The notes: generated by a model from the letters alone, not told the origin. 64,000 bases of DNA from Prorocentrum cordatum (GCA_963575745.1 CAUYUJ010000253.1:1-64000), one strand, 5' to 3'. Shown: positions 1 through 13,592, numbered from the stretch's first letter. Made by a program: numbers and translations.

Positions 1-27
1 TCCTGCTGCTGCCGCCCCCCTCCCCAG

Positions 28-147
28 GAGGAGCGTGCCGCTGCTCCGCCTGGAGCGCGCGGCCACCGCCCCCGCGGAGGCGTTGGCCGCCGACCTTCCC
101 GGCGAGGGCGCGGCCCCGGGCGGCCTGGAGCTCTCCCGCCTCTACCG
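28..147 (+). CDS. Protein kinase gene, internal exon A (gene starts upstream of window): RSVPLLRLERAATAPAEALAADLPGEGAAPGGLELSRLY(R)
   Basis: CAG acceptor ending at 27 and GC donor at 148-149. The phase-2 end (CG) joins the G at 1661 to give Arg in frame with kinase subdomain I. Confidence 0.6.
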
Positions 148-1660
148 GCCGCGGGGGCCGGGGGGCCAACCACCTTGGGCGCCTCTTTTTTCCAAGGGAG
201 GGCCCCTCTCCTCATCGCATCCTCGACCATCTCCTTCCTCCTCTTCCTCTCTCCTCTCCTCTCCTCCTCACTCCTCCTCTTGCCTTCTCCTCACCTCATT
301 CTCCTCCGCTCCTCCTTCCTCCTCCCTCCGCTCCTCTCGCCTCATCCTCCTCCTCCTTCCTCCTCCTCCTCTCCTCCCTCTTCCGTCTGCCTTCTCCTCT
401 GCCTCCTCTCCTCCTCCGCCTTCCCTCCTCCCGTCCGCTCCGCCTCCGCCCACCCCCCTCCTGGTCCTCCTCCTCCTCCTCCTCCTCCTCCTCCTCCTCC
501 TCCTCCTCCTCCTCCTCCTCCTTCGCCTCCTCCTCGTCCTGCTCCTCGGGGTAAATCGTCCCAGGCCCAGTCGGGAGCTTTGAGACGGAGGTCAATGCAA
601 ACGGGGGTCAGCCAGAACGCCCGATCGTGCAGGATCCTGCAGGGCTAGGATCACCTTGGGTGCAGGATCATGCAGGATCTTGCAGGATCCGCCTCCGCGA
701 GGGAGATTGTTTTTCTTTCGACCCAGGCAAGTTTACATGCATGGACGAGGGGGGGGCGCCTGAGCCTGAAGCGAGCCGAAAACAGCTTGACGTGCGGAGA
801 TCACGCAAGTCGAAAGGCACTTGCACGCTCGTATTCGATTGAAGAGGCGCGAGGGGGGGAGGGGGCGAACGCCATGCAAGTAAACTAGACACTAGACGGA
901 GGTTTTTCCCAGTTCTCGGCTTCTATGTAAGGGGCCCTCGCCGATCCCCGGGACCGTCAAACAACGATTGAGGATGGAAAAACCGATCTTGGGGAATGGG
1001 TCGAGATTTCTGGAGACCGCGCATTGAAAACATCTCCCGCCTCTACTGGCCGCGGGGGGGCCGGGGGCCAACCACCGCTCGGGACGATCGAAACGGGTAC
1101 GGAAGGGATGGGTATACGATACCCAACCCAGAGATCGGAAGCTCCGACAAAAAATGCAGCGGCGGGTTTTGGGCCGTTTTCGGCCTCCCGGGGCCCTCGC
1201 CAGGACTTGGGACCGTCCAAAAGATGACGCAGGACGAAAATTTTAGCCCTGGGGAAGTGGTCTAGACCTCTGGGGCCCACGCATCGAAAAACTTGGAGCA
1301 GCCAGATGCCTGGGGGGTACGGAAAGAAGGGGCACGATGCCCAACAGCAGTTCTTGCTCATTTCGAGCAGGACTCGCTGTCCGCGCCGCCGCGGACGTTG
1401 TTCATTGAAGACAGAGCCGCCTGCCCTACAGCGGCCGTTGCCGGTGTGGGACAACATTTGTTGGTGGGCATTGTGCTAAGTCGGGCGGGTCCCTCTACAG
1501 GAGGAAAATTAAAACTCGTCATAAAATAGTATGGGGACGATTGGTTTGCTCTTCTTGATTCTGCTGAATTTTTCGTTGGGGTATTCTGCACCTTTCTTCC
1601 AAAATCCTCCTCTAGGGGAACACGCCCGTGCCATGCTTTCCCCGACGGGGCACCCGTCAG

Positions 1661-1792
1661 GCTGAGCGACGCGCGCCCCCGCCGCGGATCCGTGGGCACC
1701 GTGCGCCTGGCGTGGCGGCGCGCCGACGGCCTGGCCGTGGCCCTGAAGACGGTCTCCCGCTGGGCCGGCTCCGAGGACTGGCGGCGAGCGAG
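1661..1792 (+). CDS. Protein kinase exon B, subdomains I-II: LSDARPRRGSVGTVRLAWRRADGLAVALKTVSRWAGSEDWRRA(R)
   Basis: CAG acceptor at 1658-1660, GSVGTV Gly-loop remnant and VALK catalytic Lys. Joins exon C in phase 2 with normal Lys-to-alphaC-Glu spacing. The donor reads GG. Confidence 0.75.
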
Positions 1793-2630
1793 GGGGTTGG
1801 ATTCTGGACGCCCGAAATGGGTACGGAGAGAATGGGTGCAGTGCCGAACAGCAGCTCCTGTTCCTTTTGAGCAGGGTTCGCTGTCCACGCCGCCGCGGCC
1901 TGTGTCCATTTGAGACAGAAGGCCGCCTGCCCAACAGCGGCCGCGGTTGGTTTTGGACAACACTTGTTGTTGGGCATTGTACCCATTTTTTCCGTACTCG
2001 GGCGAGGGGGTTCGATGTCCGTTCTTGGGAGCCGTGGGCGGCGGCATTGAAGCCAGCTTTTCCTGCATGTGGACCGCGTTTGGACCGCCTTGGGCCCTTC
2101 CTCCCGCTCCTCCTCGCCCTTCCTGCTCTTACTCTCCCCCCCTCCTCGTTCTTCTCGTCTCCCCCGTGAAGGGGCGAATCCGGTTCGAAAAAGGTCCAAC
2201 TGCGGACAGCGCCAAAGGCCACGCAGGCTCCGATGGAACGGACACCAAAAGGGGGGGGGAAGTCCCCATAGATCCAACGCGTTGAAGAAGTCAGCGCGGA
2301 GGTTTTTCTCGAATGTCGGCCCCCAGGGGCCCTCGCCGGGCCTGGGGATCGTCAGGAAACGACTGAGGATGAAAAAACGGTTCTGGGGAATGGGTCGACT
2401 TCCAGGGGCCCCGTGCTGAAAAAATCACGACATCGGATCTCTGGGTCCAGGCCTCCCAGATGGTCAGGGGAGGCAAAGGTGCCAATGCCTCTACCCTTCG
2501 GTCGTTTTCCACTGTTTGGGCCTCCTGGGCGGCCCTCGTCGCCACCGCTGGATTCGCCTCGAAATTCTGGTCAGAACGCACCCCGGGAGAGGTCCGGGGG
2601 GTTGCGGTATCGGTACCTTTTGGTTTCCCT

Positions 2631-2998
2631 ACAGATGGGATCCGAGTAGATGGGGTCGGAGGATCGAGCGGCATCGCCGACGCATCGGCGATGCGGCTCG
2701 ATGTGGAGCCCGACTTTGCCACGCCGACGTCGCCGATGCACCTCCGACGTCGCCGATGCATCGTCGATGCATCGGCGATCCGGTGCAATCCTCTCGGGCG
2801 ACGAAATCTATACATATCCACTGCTCCCTGACCATGCCCATCTTGAACCCAGGAGCTGTGTATGCGCCCTCCTGGCCAAGCCAGGAGGGCGTGGCGTATA
2901 CACCGCTGCGGGGTTGAGGATGGGCCTGGCCAGGGAGCAGTGGATATGTATAGATTTTGTCGCCCTATCCTCCGACCCCACCTGCTCGGACCCCATCT
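2631..2998. mobile_element. MITE family 2 (agatggggtcggaggatc TIR, gcatcggcgatgc core) with a nested hairpin element at 2794-2967; relatives at ~26200-26521 and ~37166-37290
   Basis: TIRs agatgggatccgagtagatggggtcggagga / tcctccgaccccacctgctcggaccccatct; internal ~170-bp near-perfect palindrome. Confidence 0.75.
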
Positions 2999-4239
2999 TG
3001 GAGGCCTCAGGGAAGTGAGCAGGAACAGGTCTTCTCTCGGACGGCGGCGGGACCCTCAGGGGCCCTCGCGCCTTCTGGGAGGTGCTCGGTGCCTGCGGGG
3101 GATGCTCAGCAAACTTCTCGGGAGGCTGCAGTCGGGGCCCATGCCAACAAGCACCCTGCTTGCCTCCAGGGTGCCCTGGGCTTCGAGGGTCTCGAGGGCT
3201 TCGTGATGGGAAGCGTGACGCTCCCACACCAAAAACCAAGGGACGTCCTGGGGTCTCAGGGTTGGGTTCCTCGTGGAAGGTCTCTTCTGGACTGGCCTCC
3301 GCTGTCAGGAACTTCCGAGCCGTCTGAGAAGGCCTGCCCCGTCTCACTCCCCCCCCGGGCTCGCCGCCGAGAGGAGGCCGTGAGGATGACAAGGCCCGGG
3401 GTCGGCGGCCTCGGTGGAGGAGGGGGATCACAGGAGGAAGAGGTACCCGTACCGCTACCTTTTTACAGTCGGGGCCCTGAAGAAGGAACCCTTTTGGTTG
3501 GGGAGGGGCTCCGCGTTCCTTAAGTGTTTCACAGCTTGCCCCAGGCTTTCCTTGTGTCTTCGACAGGAAAGCGAAGGTTAACTTATGGAAAAAAGGGGCC
3601 TCGTTCCTTATTTAGGGTTCCTTAGGTCAACGCCCCGACGGTAAGTCGGGCGTGTCCCTCTACAGGAGGAATATTCGAAAGTACTCCAAATTACTCTGGG
3701 GACGATCTTTGCATTATGTCTTGACTATTTTTGAATCTTGTTTGACTTCTTCATTTTTCGCTCAAAATCCGCCTGTTGGGGACATGTCCGACCTAACGCT
3801 ACCCCTGCCTCGTTTTCCCTCTTTGAAGCCTCCTGGGAAGCCCGTGTCGCCACCGCTGGGTTCGCCTCGAAGTCCTGGTCAGAACGCACCCTGGGAGAAG
3901 TCCGGGTCTGTGGCCTCGGTGGAGGAGGAGGGGGGGAGAAGGAACAGGTACCCATACCGCTACCCATCGCGGTTCGGGGCTCGAGGCTTTCGGAGGCACT
4001 CGTCGGTTCTCGGCGGCTTTCCAGCCTCGGGACGGCTTCCAGCATCTGGAGGAGGGAGGGAGGGAGGGAGAAGGAATAATCCAGAGTTGTTCGCCACTCT
4101 ACTTCCGGTCGTGCACGCGCTGGCTTCACAACTTTGGGGTAGGTCAAGCGCCGCGTTACGATCAGTTTTTCTCTGATCGTGGCCATCAAGACGCGACGGC
4201 TCACGCAAGCCAACGTTTGTCCAACGCAGACAAAGGGAG

Positions 4240-4400
4240 GAACAGGTACCCATACTGCTACTCTTTCCTCGTTTTCCCCTTTTTGGGCCTCCTGGGAGGC
4301 CCTCGTCGCCACCGCTGGATTCGCTTCGAAATCCTGGTCAGAATGCACCCCTGGAGAGGTCCGGGGAGTAGCGGTATTGGTACCTTGTGGTTTTCCCAGT
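4240..4400 (+). repeat. Interspersed repeat family (gcctcctgggaggccctcgtcgccaccgctggattcgc...gagaggtccggg); copies at ~2480-2630, ~3800-3910 and ~25700-25840
   Basis: Four recognisably homologous copies. Confidence 0.7.
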
Positions 4401-6460
4401 GGACGCCATGACAATGTCATGTGATACTGCAACGCACGTGCCCTGAGATCGCGTAGCAACGAGGCGGCATGGATGAGCACTCGCACGCGCCGGAGTGCGA
4501 ACTCCGCGAAATGCCACGGCTGACAAACACAACCTCCCAGAACAGAGCGAATGAGAAACATCACGGCCCAACCAAACAGGAAATATTGCAAGCAGCACAG
4601 TGCACACCTGGAAGCCACCACCAAATAAGAGACACTGTGTAACATCACGGCCCACCACTTGGAAGCAGCATTGGCGTAAGACTTAGGAGCAGCCTTTCTC
4701 CTTCTTGGAAGCACCTCATGCTCCTCGGCGTTCTTCCACACGTAGGAGCAAGGTTGAAATATTTCGGCCCGTGAGCAACACGTTGAAAGAGAAATAAATA
4801 CCAGACAGTTCAAGCAGCAGGATGAAGGTGAGACAACCACTGACCACAGGTGGCTCCGACCCGAAAGCCCGAGTACCACCATTCGGATGAACATGATAAA
4901 CTTGATGTGGTACTGAATGAGGCGTGGCAAGTCAGGCATGCGCTTCAGACCCTACGTGTACTCCTCGAGCGCAATAGATACAACTCCATACCAAACCCAA
5001 CAAATTGAAAGCCGTACTCAACGAATTCGTCCAGTCTCGCCATCCGACAGCTGCTGCACATACAAGGTCGTCTCAGGAATCGGAGCCCCCAAGCGCAAAA
5101 CACCAGACGCGACCTGGAGCCCGTCGCAAAGCCAAATGCTATGGATGGGACTCGGGCCATCTGTGTCTCAACGCAGAGTATCGCAACACAATGTAGCACA
5201 CATGGATGCAATCAGTGCGGGTCAATACGAAGCAGCGCGGGGGAGCAACGCGAAGCAATGCAGGCAATGCGAGGCCAGGCAACGCGAAGTAATGCAAAGT
5301 AATGCTCGCGATGCGAACGGGAGGGGTGCAACAGGTGGGCGGCGACGAGGCGGCGGGGCGACGACATCGACAACAAGCTGGCCGAACCGACACCCAGGCC
5401 CAGTTCCTTTCATAGGAAGTGCGAAATCCGAAATGCAAACATGTTTTGGAATGCATACGTACTTACTTATATACACACAATTATGCATTGTCGCTTCGCG
5501 CCATGCACTTTGGTCCTTGAGGTTTGGCACGTAGACAGGGGGGAGGCAAGATAAAACTGAACATTTCGTGATAATTCGTTGTTGCCCATTTCCTGCATCG
5601 TCGTTGTAATATTATTCGCTATCCTTCTCTGATGTCTCTTCTTCCTTTTCTTCACTCTCGCCCTACCCTGCGAATGCGTCCCAATCCTCAGCTCATCTTG
5701 TGGAGACTCATCCTAGGAGGGCCTCGCGAAAGTTTTTGAGGCCTTGTTGGGGCCTTCTGGAGGCCTCCTGGGTTCCTTCTGGTGGCCTCTGGGGCTTCAC
5801 TGGGCCACCCTCCTTCCAACCGCGGTCTCCCTGAACGACCGGGTCACGGTTTGGAAAGATTCGGTGGGCGTCTTAGGGCCATTTTGGGCCGTCATGGAGC
5901 TCTCTTCGGGCCATCTTGGGATCCTGTTGGGCCGTCTTGGGGCTCCTCTTGGACTGCCTGGAAGCCCTCTTGGTTAAACTCGGAGGGATTATTTGGCCTC
6001 CTGGGCGGTCTCGGACGCCCAGAAAACCGAAGAACAGAGCATTCCCAAATTCATGCAAAAACCATCGGAAAACAATATGTGTTTACTCGGCGGCGAGCCC
6101 GGGGGGAAATGAGATGGGGCGGGCCTTCTCAGAAGGCTCGGAAGTCCCCGCGCCTTCTGATAAGTTTTCTAAGCCTTCTGTGAAGACACAGAAAAATTCT
6201 CAGAAGGCGCGAGGGCTTCCGAGAAATCCCGCCGCTTTCTGAGAAAGCCTCCTCCTCCTCGATTCCCCCCCTTGCTCGCCGCCAAGTGTACGTTTCGAGT
6301 GCCTCTTGGAGGTCTTCTTTGGGCCGGCTTGAGCGTCCGCTGGGCGTCTGGGGCCTCTGTGTCTCTGTGGGCTCTCGCGGGGCCGTTGCGGCCGCCCAAT
6401 GGACCGCTGTGGGCCCGCTGCCTGAGCCCAGCAGGGTCTGAGGAGCCCCAGAAAGCACAC

Positions 6461-6614
6461 TAGGGGGCCACATGCGAACCCAACCCCTACCCCCCACGAT
6501 CTCTGAGGGGGAGGGTGGGGTTCACTTCGCTCGGGAGCTCCCGAACGAGGTGAACCCCACCCTCCCCCTCAGAAATCGTAGGGGGTAGGGGTAGGGTTCG
6601 CATGTGGCCCCCCA
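6461..6614. mobile_element. Palindromic MITE, family 1 (second copy at 36208-36363)
   Basis: ~154-bp near-perfect inverted repeat ggggccacatgcgaacc...ggttcgcatgtggcccc centred on gagctc. Confidence 0.8.
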
Positions 6615-7053
6615 CACACGGGACCGTCTGCTCAGGAGCCTCGAGACCGGGGTCAATGCAAAGTGGGGGTCAGCCAGAGCGCCGGAGCTTGCAGAACCCC
6701 GCAGGGGCAGCGTCGCACTGACCCGGGCTTGGGAGCAGGATCCTGCAGGATCTTTCAGGCTCCTTCGCATTGACCGGGGCCTGTGTGCAGGATCTCGCAG
6801 GATCTTATAGGATCCTGCAAGGCCCGCTTTGCCCAGGTCTGGATTGACCCTGGTCGGCAGATCCCCGGTCTGCAAGGGCGGTCAGGGTGCCTCCGGGGTC
6901 GAGGATTTGGGGGGGTGTCCCGTGTAGGGGAGGGGTTCGCAGGCAGGGTCCCAGATTCCAAGAACGATGGAAGGTCTGTGAGCGCGCGCGCGCCCTCCCG
7001 TGCGGTGACTTTCTTCGCTTCGACGCTGCGCGCGAGGCCGCGACCGCCAAAAA

Positions 7054-7483
<430 letters not shown>

Positions 7484-7560
7484 GGGGTCTGGTCGTGCGC
7501 GTTTCTGCGCTCCCCCCCCCCCCCTGCACTCGCCCCCCCTTTCCGCCCCGGGCCCGCGAG

Positions 7561-7788
7561 GTGCGAGTACGAGTTCATGTCGACGCTGTCGCACCCGTCC
7601 CTCGTGCGCGCCCTCGCGATCCACGAGTCCCAGACGAGCCTCACGTTCAGCATGGAGTGCTGCGACGGCGGGTCCCTCGAGAGCCACGTGGCGGGCCACG
7701 GGGCGATCGCGCCGGCCGCCGCGGTGCCGCTGGCGAGGCAGGTCCTCGAGGGCCTGGACTACCTGCACGGCAGGCGGATCGTGCACAG
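7561..7788 (+). CDS. Protein kinase exon C, subdomains III-VIa: CEYEFMSTLSHPSLVRAL...MECCDGGSL...QVLEGLDYLHGRRIVH(R)
   Basis: Canonical HPxLV, MExCxGGSL and LxYLHxxxIVHR motifs; AG acceptor at 7559-7560, GC donor at 7789-7790. Confidence 0.9.
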
Positions 7789-8215
7789 GCCGTTGGAGGG
7801 TCGAGGAGGAGGAGGAGGAGGAGGAGGAGGCGGAGGCGGAGGAGGAGGAGGAGGAGGAGGAGGAGGAGGAGGAGGAGGGTCGGGCCGTGGGCTCCTCGGG
7901 GTGGGGGGCAGCAGGAGGAGGGCCCGTGGCAGCACAGTCGTGCCCCCACGGGCTCCACGGCCGGCTGGTCGCTGGGGCGCGGCACGATGACGCGGCGATC
8001 GGGTACTCCAGATTTCGTAATAAAAGGGAGGGGGTCACCTGCGGCGAGTCACCGCTGCCCCCCGCCTTCTGTGGCAGCGCCCACGCCCGGCCACACGCTG
8101 GACCCAAGTCTGGCCGAGCTATTGGACAGTGCGTCCTGTGTCCACTCGAGACAGAAAGCCGCCTGCCCAACAGCGGCCGCTGTTGGTTTGGGACATCATT
8201 TATTGCTGGGCATTG

Positions 8216-8398
8216 TACTCCAGATTTCGTAATAAAAGGGAGGGGGTCTGGACCCTCCAAGACAAGCCATTTCAGACCTCCCCCGTGGGAGAACCCTCCA
8301 AAACATCGTCCCCAGATCCCCCAGGCCCTCCAAGATAGCCTGGAAGAGACCCCCCCCCGAAATGAGACCCCCCTCCCTTTATTACGAAATCTGGAGTA
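8216..8398. mobile_element. MITE family 3, TA-flanked; extra left-TIR copy at 8004
   Basis: TIR tactccagatttcgtaataaaagggagggggtc / gacccccctccctttattacgaaatctggagta. Confidence 0.8.
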
Positions 8399-8961
8399 GT
8401 ATGTTGGTGAAGGCTGTGTTAGGTCAGACGGCTTACTTGGCCAGCCGAGAAAGAGAGAGAGAGAGAGAGAAACAAACCAAACAAAGAAAGAGGCTCGTGA
8501 CCCTGGGGGATGGCGGCCAGAGTCCGCAGTGAGTGCTGGTGCGCTTGCACAAGTGGCTGGGCCCGGCCTTTCACACTGGGTCAGCGTCGGCGGCTTCCAC
8601 ACTTCCCCCCTCACCCTCTCTCCCCTGGCTGATCTGCGGTCCTGGCACCCGCCCCTCTTTAGAGCAGGTGGCCACCAGGGCCAGGCGCGGAACTATGGGT
8701 GAGTCCTACACCCCCGTTTTGCCCCGCCGCCCCCCTTCTCCCTTGCCCTGTCTGCTTCTAGTACGATGTTCCACTTTCACTTCTTCTGGCTTTCCTGTGT
8801 TGTGCACGTTCTGTTCGAAGCCGTTCCGAACTTTAGCCCTGCGACTTGGTCGGCATTTCATGTTTCGTAACGCGGATGCTGCCCATCGTGTTGCCGTTGC
8901 GCGGCTTTGCTGCGTTGCTTGCCCCTCGGCAGCGGGTATCCGCACGCTCGAGTCTCGACAG

Positions 8962-9229
8962 GGACATCAAGCCAGACAACCTTCTGCTGTGCAGTGGGAC
9001 CACGACGGTCAAGATAGGGGACTTCAACAGCGCGAAGCAGATCGGGGACCTCGCGTCGCTCACGGGCGCCATGCTGACGGACCGCGGCACCCGGCTGTAC
9101 AGCGCCCCTGAGCTCCTGGCCGCGCACGGCTGGAACGAACGCGTGGACATCTGGTCTTGTGGCCTGAGCGTGTGCTTCATGCTCCTCGGGCGCCTGCCCT
9201 TCGATCCGGACTGCGGCCGCGTGGGCAAG
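8962..9229 (+). CDS. Protein kinase exon D, subdomains VIb-IX: DIKPDNLLL...KIGDFNSAK...GTRLYSAPE...DIWSCG...GRLPF
   Basis: Splicing reconstitutes HRDIKPDN (AG|G); APE and DIWSxG motifs present; CAG acceptor at 8959-8961, GC donor at 9230-9231. Confidence 0.92.
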
Positions 9230-9719
9230 GCCCGCGGGGAAGGGGAGAAACGGAGAGGCGAGCGCGAGAGCGACGGGGGGCGGCGAAGGAGAGGGGAGGA
9301 GGACGAGGAGCACGGGGAGGAAGAGACAGGAGCAGTGGGGAGGGAGGAGGAGGCGGAGGAGGGGGAGGGGGAGGGGGAGGAGGAGGGGGAGGGGGAGGAG
9401 GAGGAGGGGAGGAGGAGGAGGAGGAGGAGGAGGAGGAGGAGGAGGAGGAGGAGGAGGAGGAGGAGGAGGAGGGAGGAGGAGGAGGAGGAGGAGGAGGAAG
9501 GAGGAGGAGGAGGAGGAGGGGGAGGAGGAGGAGGAGGACCAGTGTATACCCAAGGCTCAGCAACGATGTTGGAATACACACTCCCTCCAAGCTCCCTCGT
9601 CGTAGGCCCCTACAAGGGCTCATTTCCACTTCGGGAACTGCCTCGTTGGGAGATAACAGTTTGCATACCTTGAAGCGTACCAAAGCACCACTCTCGGGAG
9701 TCCATCGCCACGAATTAAC

Positions 9720-10140
9720 ATGATTGTTGCGTCTTGACGAGCTGGAGTCGTGCCACAGCACCATTCTTGGAGCTTCAACAACACCGCGAGTCAGCGCAAC
9801 TACTGCGCCCTCGCAATCCAAAGTCCGTCCAAAACACCATGTCTGGCACGTTGACCATGGGAATCCGTGAAACTTTTTGTGAATGTTGAAAAAGAAAGCG
9901 CACGGCGCTAACGCGAACGCCACATAATGAGAACCACCCGCCCGCATTCCATGAAACGTTTGCAAGTTCTGAAACGAATGCGCGCAGCGCTATGGCGAGA
10001 GCCACATTTTGAAAACAACCCGCCCTCAATCCGTGAAGCTCTTGCAAAGTGTTCAAGCGAATATGCGCGGCGCTAAAGCGAGAGCCACATTTTGAAAACG
10101 ATCCGCATTTCATGTGTAAAATTGCGGCCGATATCTAAGT
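9720..10140 (+). repeat. Interspersed repeat with internal ~80-bp subunits (gcgagagccacattttgaaaac); second copy at ~32800-33200
   Basis: Homologous motifs in both regions. Confidence 0.6.
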
Positions 10141-11081
10141 TCCAGGATCATAAATGGTGTGGAAGTCTTGGTCGAACCACCTGGCCCGCCCTTTTCGACT
10201 GGCTTCGGGCTGCTACAGGGTTGGGTTGTTTATAAGGCAAAGGATGGAGGCAGAGAGCGCGGAGGAGGAGGACGAGGAGGAGGGGGAGGAGGAGGAGGAG
10301 GAGGAGGAGGAGGAGGAGGAGGTTGAGGGAGGAGGAGGAGGAGGAGGTTGAGAGGAGGAGGAGGAGGAGGAGGAGGAGGAGGAGGAGGAGGAGGAGGAGA
10401 GGAGGAGGGAGGAGGAGGAGGAGGAGGAGGAGGAGGGAGGAGGAGGGAGGGAGGAGGAGGGAGGAGGAGGAGGAGGAGGAGGAGGGAGGGAGGGAGGAGG
10501 AGGAGGAGGAGGGAGGAGGAGGGAGGAGGAGGAGGAGGAGGAGGAGGAGGAGGAGGTGGAGGAGGAGGGAGGAGGGAGAGGAGGAGGAGGAGGAGGAGGA
10601 GGAGGAGGAGGAGGAGGAGGAGGAGGAGGGGGAGGAGGAGTTCCCCCCGCGGTGCGCTGCTGACGAGCGTGCTCCGCTCGAGGTCGTGCACGAGCGCCCT
10701 CATTCTCCGCGCCTGTTCGCGCCGCGGCCGCGGCCTGCGCGAGCCGCCGCGCCGCGCGGGGGTCCGCCCGCGGCCGCTTTCGTGCCGTCTCGATCGATCA
10801 TCGGGGATCGATCGAGGATCCTCGATCCATCGATCGAGGCTCGAGGCTCGAGGGGAGGAGGAGGAGGAGGAGGAGGAGGAGGAGGAGGAGGAGGAGGATC
10901 GAGGATCGAGGATCGAGGATCGAGGATCGAGGATCGAGGATCGAGGATCGAGGATCGAGCCGTCCCCGGGGATCGAGGATCGATCGAGGATCGAGGACAG
11001 TGAAGGAGACAGCACAGGGAAGGGCTCATCTGTGCTTTCTCTGCAGCGTCCTGCCCCGCGGCGCTTCGGCCGGCCAGCGAG

Positions 11082-11139
11082 GCGCTGCGGATGGGGCTCG
11101 CGCCGCCCATGGACCTCGCCCAGCTCCCCGGGCTGACAG
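11082..11139 (+). CDS. Protein kinase exon E: ALRMGLAPPMDLAQLPGLT(G)
   Basis: AG acceptor at 11080-11081 and GC donor at 11140-11141. Phase 0 start and phase 1 end exactly bridge exons D and F (subdomain X). Confidence 0.7.
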
Positions 11140-12227
11140 GCCCTGTCGGAGGAGCAGGGGGGAAAGGGGAGGGGGGGAGGAGGACAGGAGGGGGGGAGAG
11201 AGGAGGAGGGGAAAGAGAGAGGGAAGGGGGGAAGGTGAGGAGGGCGAAGTGCCGGAGGAAGAGGAGGACTTGGATGGGGGGGGAGGAATGCAGAGGAATG
11301 GGAGGAAGGGAAACGGGGAGGGAGGAGGGGGAGATGAGGCGCTGAAGGAGAAACATGAGGGAGGTGGAAGAAGGAGTAAGACAACGAGGATGAAGAGGAC
11401 GAATACGAGGATTAGGGAAAGGAGGGCCATGAACGGAAGGATGAATGAGGAAGAGGAGGCGGTAAACAGAGGAACGTACGGGATAGGAAAGACAAGAAGA
11501 TAAGGAGCATGACCAGAGCAGAGGATACATCAACGATGCTGCAGTACATCATCCCGTCCCACGCCCCCGCCCCTCGTACGCCCTCATATACATTCTTCTC
11601 ACTACGGGAAACACCCTCTTGGAAGACGAGTGCACCATGTGGATCACATTGAGACGACAAGGCCTGTCCTGAAAACTGATTGACCTGTACCCTTCTGTCA
11701 ATGGGGGTTGCGAACAAGTAGGGTCAGACAGTTTCGGCAAGTGTCCAACAAGAGGCCCTGTTCGAATAAGGAGTCGACCTCCACCCATGTACGTGTTTTG
11801 CATGTTTACAGGTGTGGTCGTACACTGCCTGGAGTTCTCAAACGATAGCCCCATTCTTATAAAAAGGGGCGAGTGTCCATGACACGGCTTGAAATCTACA
11901 ACACGTAGGTGCGCGGTCCAAAGAGGAGAAACAACTATTTGGAAACGGGCATGTGTGCGGCGCTTAGGCGAGAGCCGTACATTTACAACAACAATTCCTC
12001 CATTACGGGACCCTTCTGGAATGTTCCAGACGCATAACCACAAACGGTGAGAAGTCCCAGGCGAAACACCTGACCCGCCCTACAGACACGCCTGGTGGTG
12101 CGGCGAGCAGGAGTTGCGTGTAAGGAAGAGGGAGGTGGGTGGAAAAGAAGGTGTAGGAAGGGGAGGAGGAGGAGCGGGAGGAGGAGGACGAGGAGGTGGA
12201 GAAGGATCAGCATCAATAAGATATGCA

Positions 12228-12258
<31 letters not shown>

Positions 12259-12364
12259 GAGGAGGAGGGAGGAGAGGAGGAGGAGGAGGAGGAGGAGGAG
12301 AAGATGGTGCATGATGTGGAGGAGCAGGTGCAGGAGCAGGCAGCGGGGGCGGGCGCGGCAACAG

Positions 12365-12440
12365 GCAACCTGGTACAGCAGTTCCTGGAGCCCGACCCGC
12401 GCGACCGACCGCCCGCCGTAGAGCTGCTCGAACATCTGAG
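12365..12440 (+). CDS. Protein kinase exon F, subdomain XI: NLVQQFLEPDPRDRPPAVELLEHL
   Basis: Matches the LxxDPxxRPxAxELLxH motif; CAG acceptor at 12362-12364; 3' boundary uncertain. Confidence 0.8.
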
Positions 12441-13235
12441 GGGTCGAGAGAGGGGAAGGAGGAGGAGGAGGAGGAGGAGGAGGAGGAGGAGGAGAAGGAG
12501 GAGGAGGAGGAGGAGGAGGGGGAGGGGGAGGAGGGGGAGAAGGAGGAGGAGGAGGAGGAGGAGGAGGAGGAGGAGGGGGAGGGGGAGGAGGAGGAGGAGT
12601 GCCGACTCTGGTTCGAACCATCTTGGGCCACCTCAGCTGCCTTTGGGGTCCTCTTTGGGCTGCCCTGGAGGCATGTTGGGGACCTCGGCATCGCTCGGGC
12701 GTGTTCGTTCTTCTCGGCAAGGCCGGCGCCAGAAGATCTTGGACCGTCTTGAGCATGATGAAGGGGCCCTGGGACACACAAATAAATGCACACCTCCCAT
12801 ATTTCCCCATATTTTCCTGGGAATCGACGATGAATTGTGCCTGTGTGTTTTTTCCCCTCCTGACATGAGCACGCACGAAACCAAATAATGCACGGAGAGT
12901 GGACGCCAGTGCCGACCTTGGCAACAGGTGAGCGACGATGGAAAAGCGGGGCCTCTTCGCGAACGTTGGCGCGCAAGCTGCCCAGGCATGGTTGCGCGTA
13001 AGAGCCTTCTCAAGCAGTGGCGAAGCGTCCCGGCTGGCCTATAGGTCCATCGAATAATGTTCTAAGAACCTTTTGTCGTCTGCACGAAATGTTCGCAGAA
13101 CATCTCTGGCCGGGACTGTCTTGCTTCAGCACGTCGGGCTTATGCTCTAGAAAATGGTTCTTGTTATTGGAACATGTTTAGGTTCTGCGAATCTTGTGTT
13201 ACTAGCCTCCGACCAGTGCCACTGATAAGGGGCGC

Positions 13236-13239
<4 letters not shown>

Positions 13240-13320
<81 letters not shown>

Positions 13321-13592
13321 GACGATGATGCTGATGATGATGATGATTTTGATGCTGATGCTGATGCTGATGCTGATGCTGATGCTGATGCTGATGCCGC
13401 TGATGATGCTGATGCTGATGCTGATGCTGATGCTGATGCTGATGATGATGTTGTTGTTGATGATGATGCTGATGCTGCTGTTGATGATGATTATGGTGAT
13501 GCTGATGCTGATGCTGATGCTGATGCTGCTGCTGCTGCTGATGATGATCATGATCATGATCATGATCATGATCATGATCATGCTGATGATGC

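Noticed and set aside
3725..4939. 404-aa minus-strand ORF
   Set aside because: About half runs through two copies of an interspersed repeat, there is no recognisable motif, and it lies within a kinase intron.
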